From: Methylophilaceae bacterium
GTDB taxonomy: Bacteria; Pseudomonadota; Gammaproteobacteria; Burkholderiales; Methylophilaceae
Assembly (NCBI GenBank): GCA_025362115.1
Contig: JANYIK010000072.1
Span: 1-46,007, forward strand
Direction: 5' to 3'
Length of the DNA stretch: 46,007 nt
Below are positions 45,999-46,007 of this stretch, in pieces. The stretch's first letter is position 1, and each line of letters begins with the position of its first letter. Made by a program: the position numbers and the translations under genes. The notes beneath the pieces were generated by a model. That model was given only the letters and a program-made list of their open reading frames with translations. It was not told the origin of the DNA and searched no databases.

Positions 45999-46007
45999 CA
46001 CTCACCA

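Noticed and set aside
1-46007. CRISPR arrays, rRNA genes, transposases, integrases and prophage genes
   Set aside because: No regularly spaced direct repeats and no recognisable recombinase, transposase or phage-structural ORFs were seen in any frame. The only mobile-looking items are the small REP-like elements at both window ends.

Overview
The window looks like a chromosomal segment from a motile, betaproteobacterium-like organism. The taxon is inferred from gene content and order only. All calls come from reading the ORF translations and the DNA; no searches were run, so family names rest on remembered motifs.

Nt 1-31600 are mostly housekeeping genes:
- trmJ, suhB and mutM
- a GldG-type ABC-2 exporter cluster
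- TPR-lolB-ispE, tRNA-Gln, prs-rplY-pth
- cytochrome c5, apaH, a PlsC-type acyltransferase, sixA
- a pyruvate dehydrogenase operon, aceE-aceF-lpdA

Two small toxin-antitoxin-like cassettes flank trmJ-suhB, and one carries a nonsense-inactivated ParE-type toxin.

Nt 31600-37100 hold flagellar regulatory and stator genes: flgMN behind a near-consensus sigma-28 promoter, then motAB, fliA, a Walker-A-degenerate flhG homolog, and flhF.

The most interesting region is nt 37400-45820. It holds two juxtaposed but different RiPP-type clusters, each built around a DUF692 (multinuclear non-heme iron oxidase, MNIO) plus DUF2063 pair.
- Cluster 1 encodes an ECF sigma, a soluble ZAS-type anti-sigma, a secreted 6-Cys repeat peptide, DUF692, DUF2063 and DoxX. 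An HD-GYP sensor gene follows only 5 nt downstream.
- Cluster 2 encodes a secreted 12-Cys duplicated-module peptide, DUF692 and DUF2063.
- A secreted, Met-rich EF-hand protein sits between the two clusters.

A shared bipartite motif, TGTAAG-N17-GAC(T/G)AATG, occurs three times with identical spacing. It lies upstream of the EF-hand gene, upstream of the 12-Cys precursor, and inside the 3' part of the sigma gene upstream of anti-sigma and precursor 1. This suggests a single ECF regulon.

No rRNA, CRISPR array, transposase or integrase was seen.
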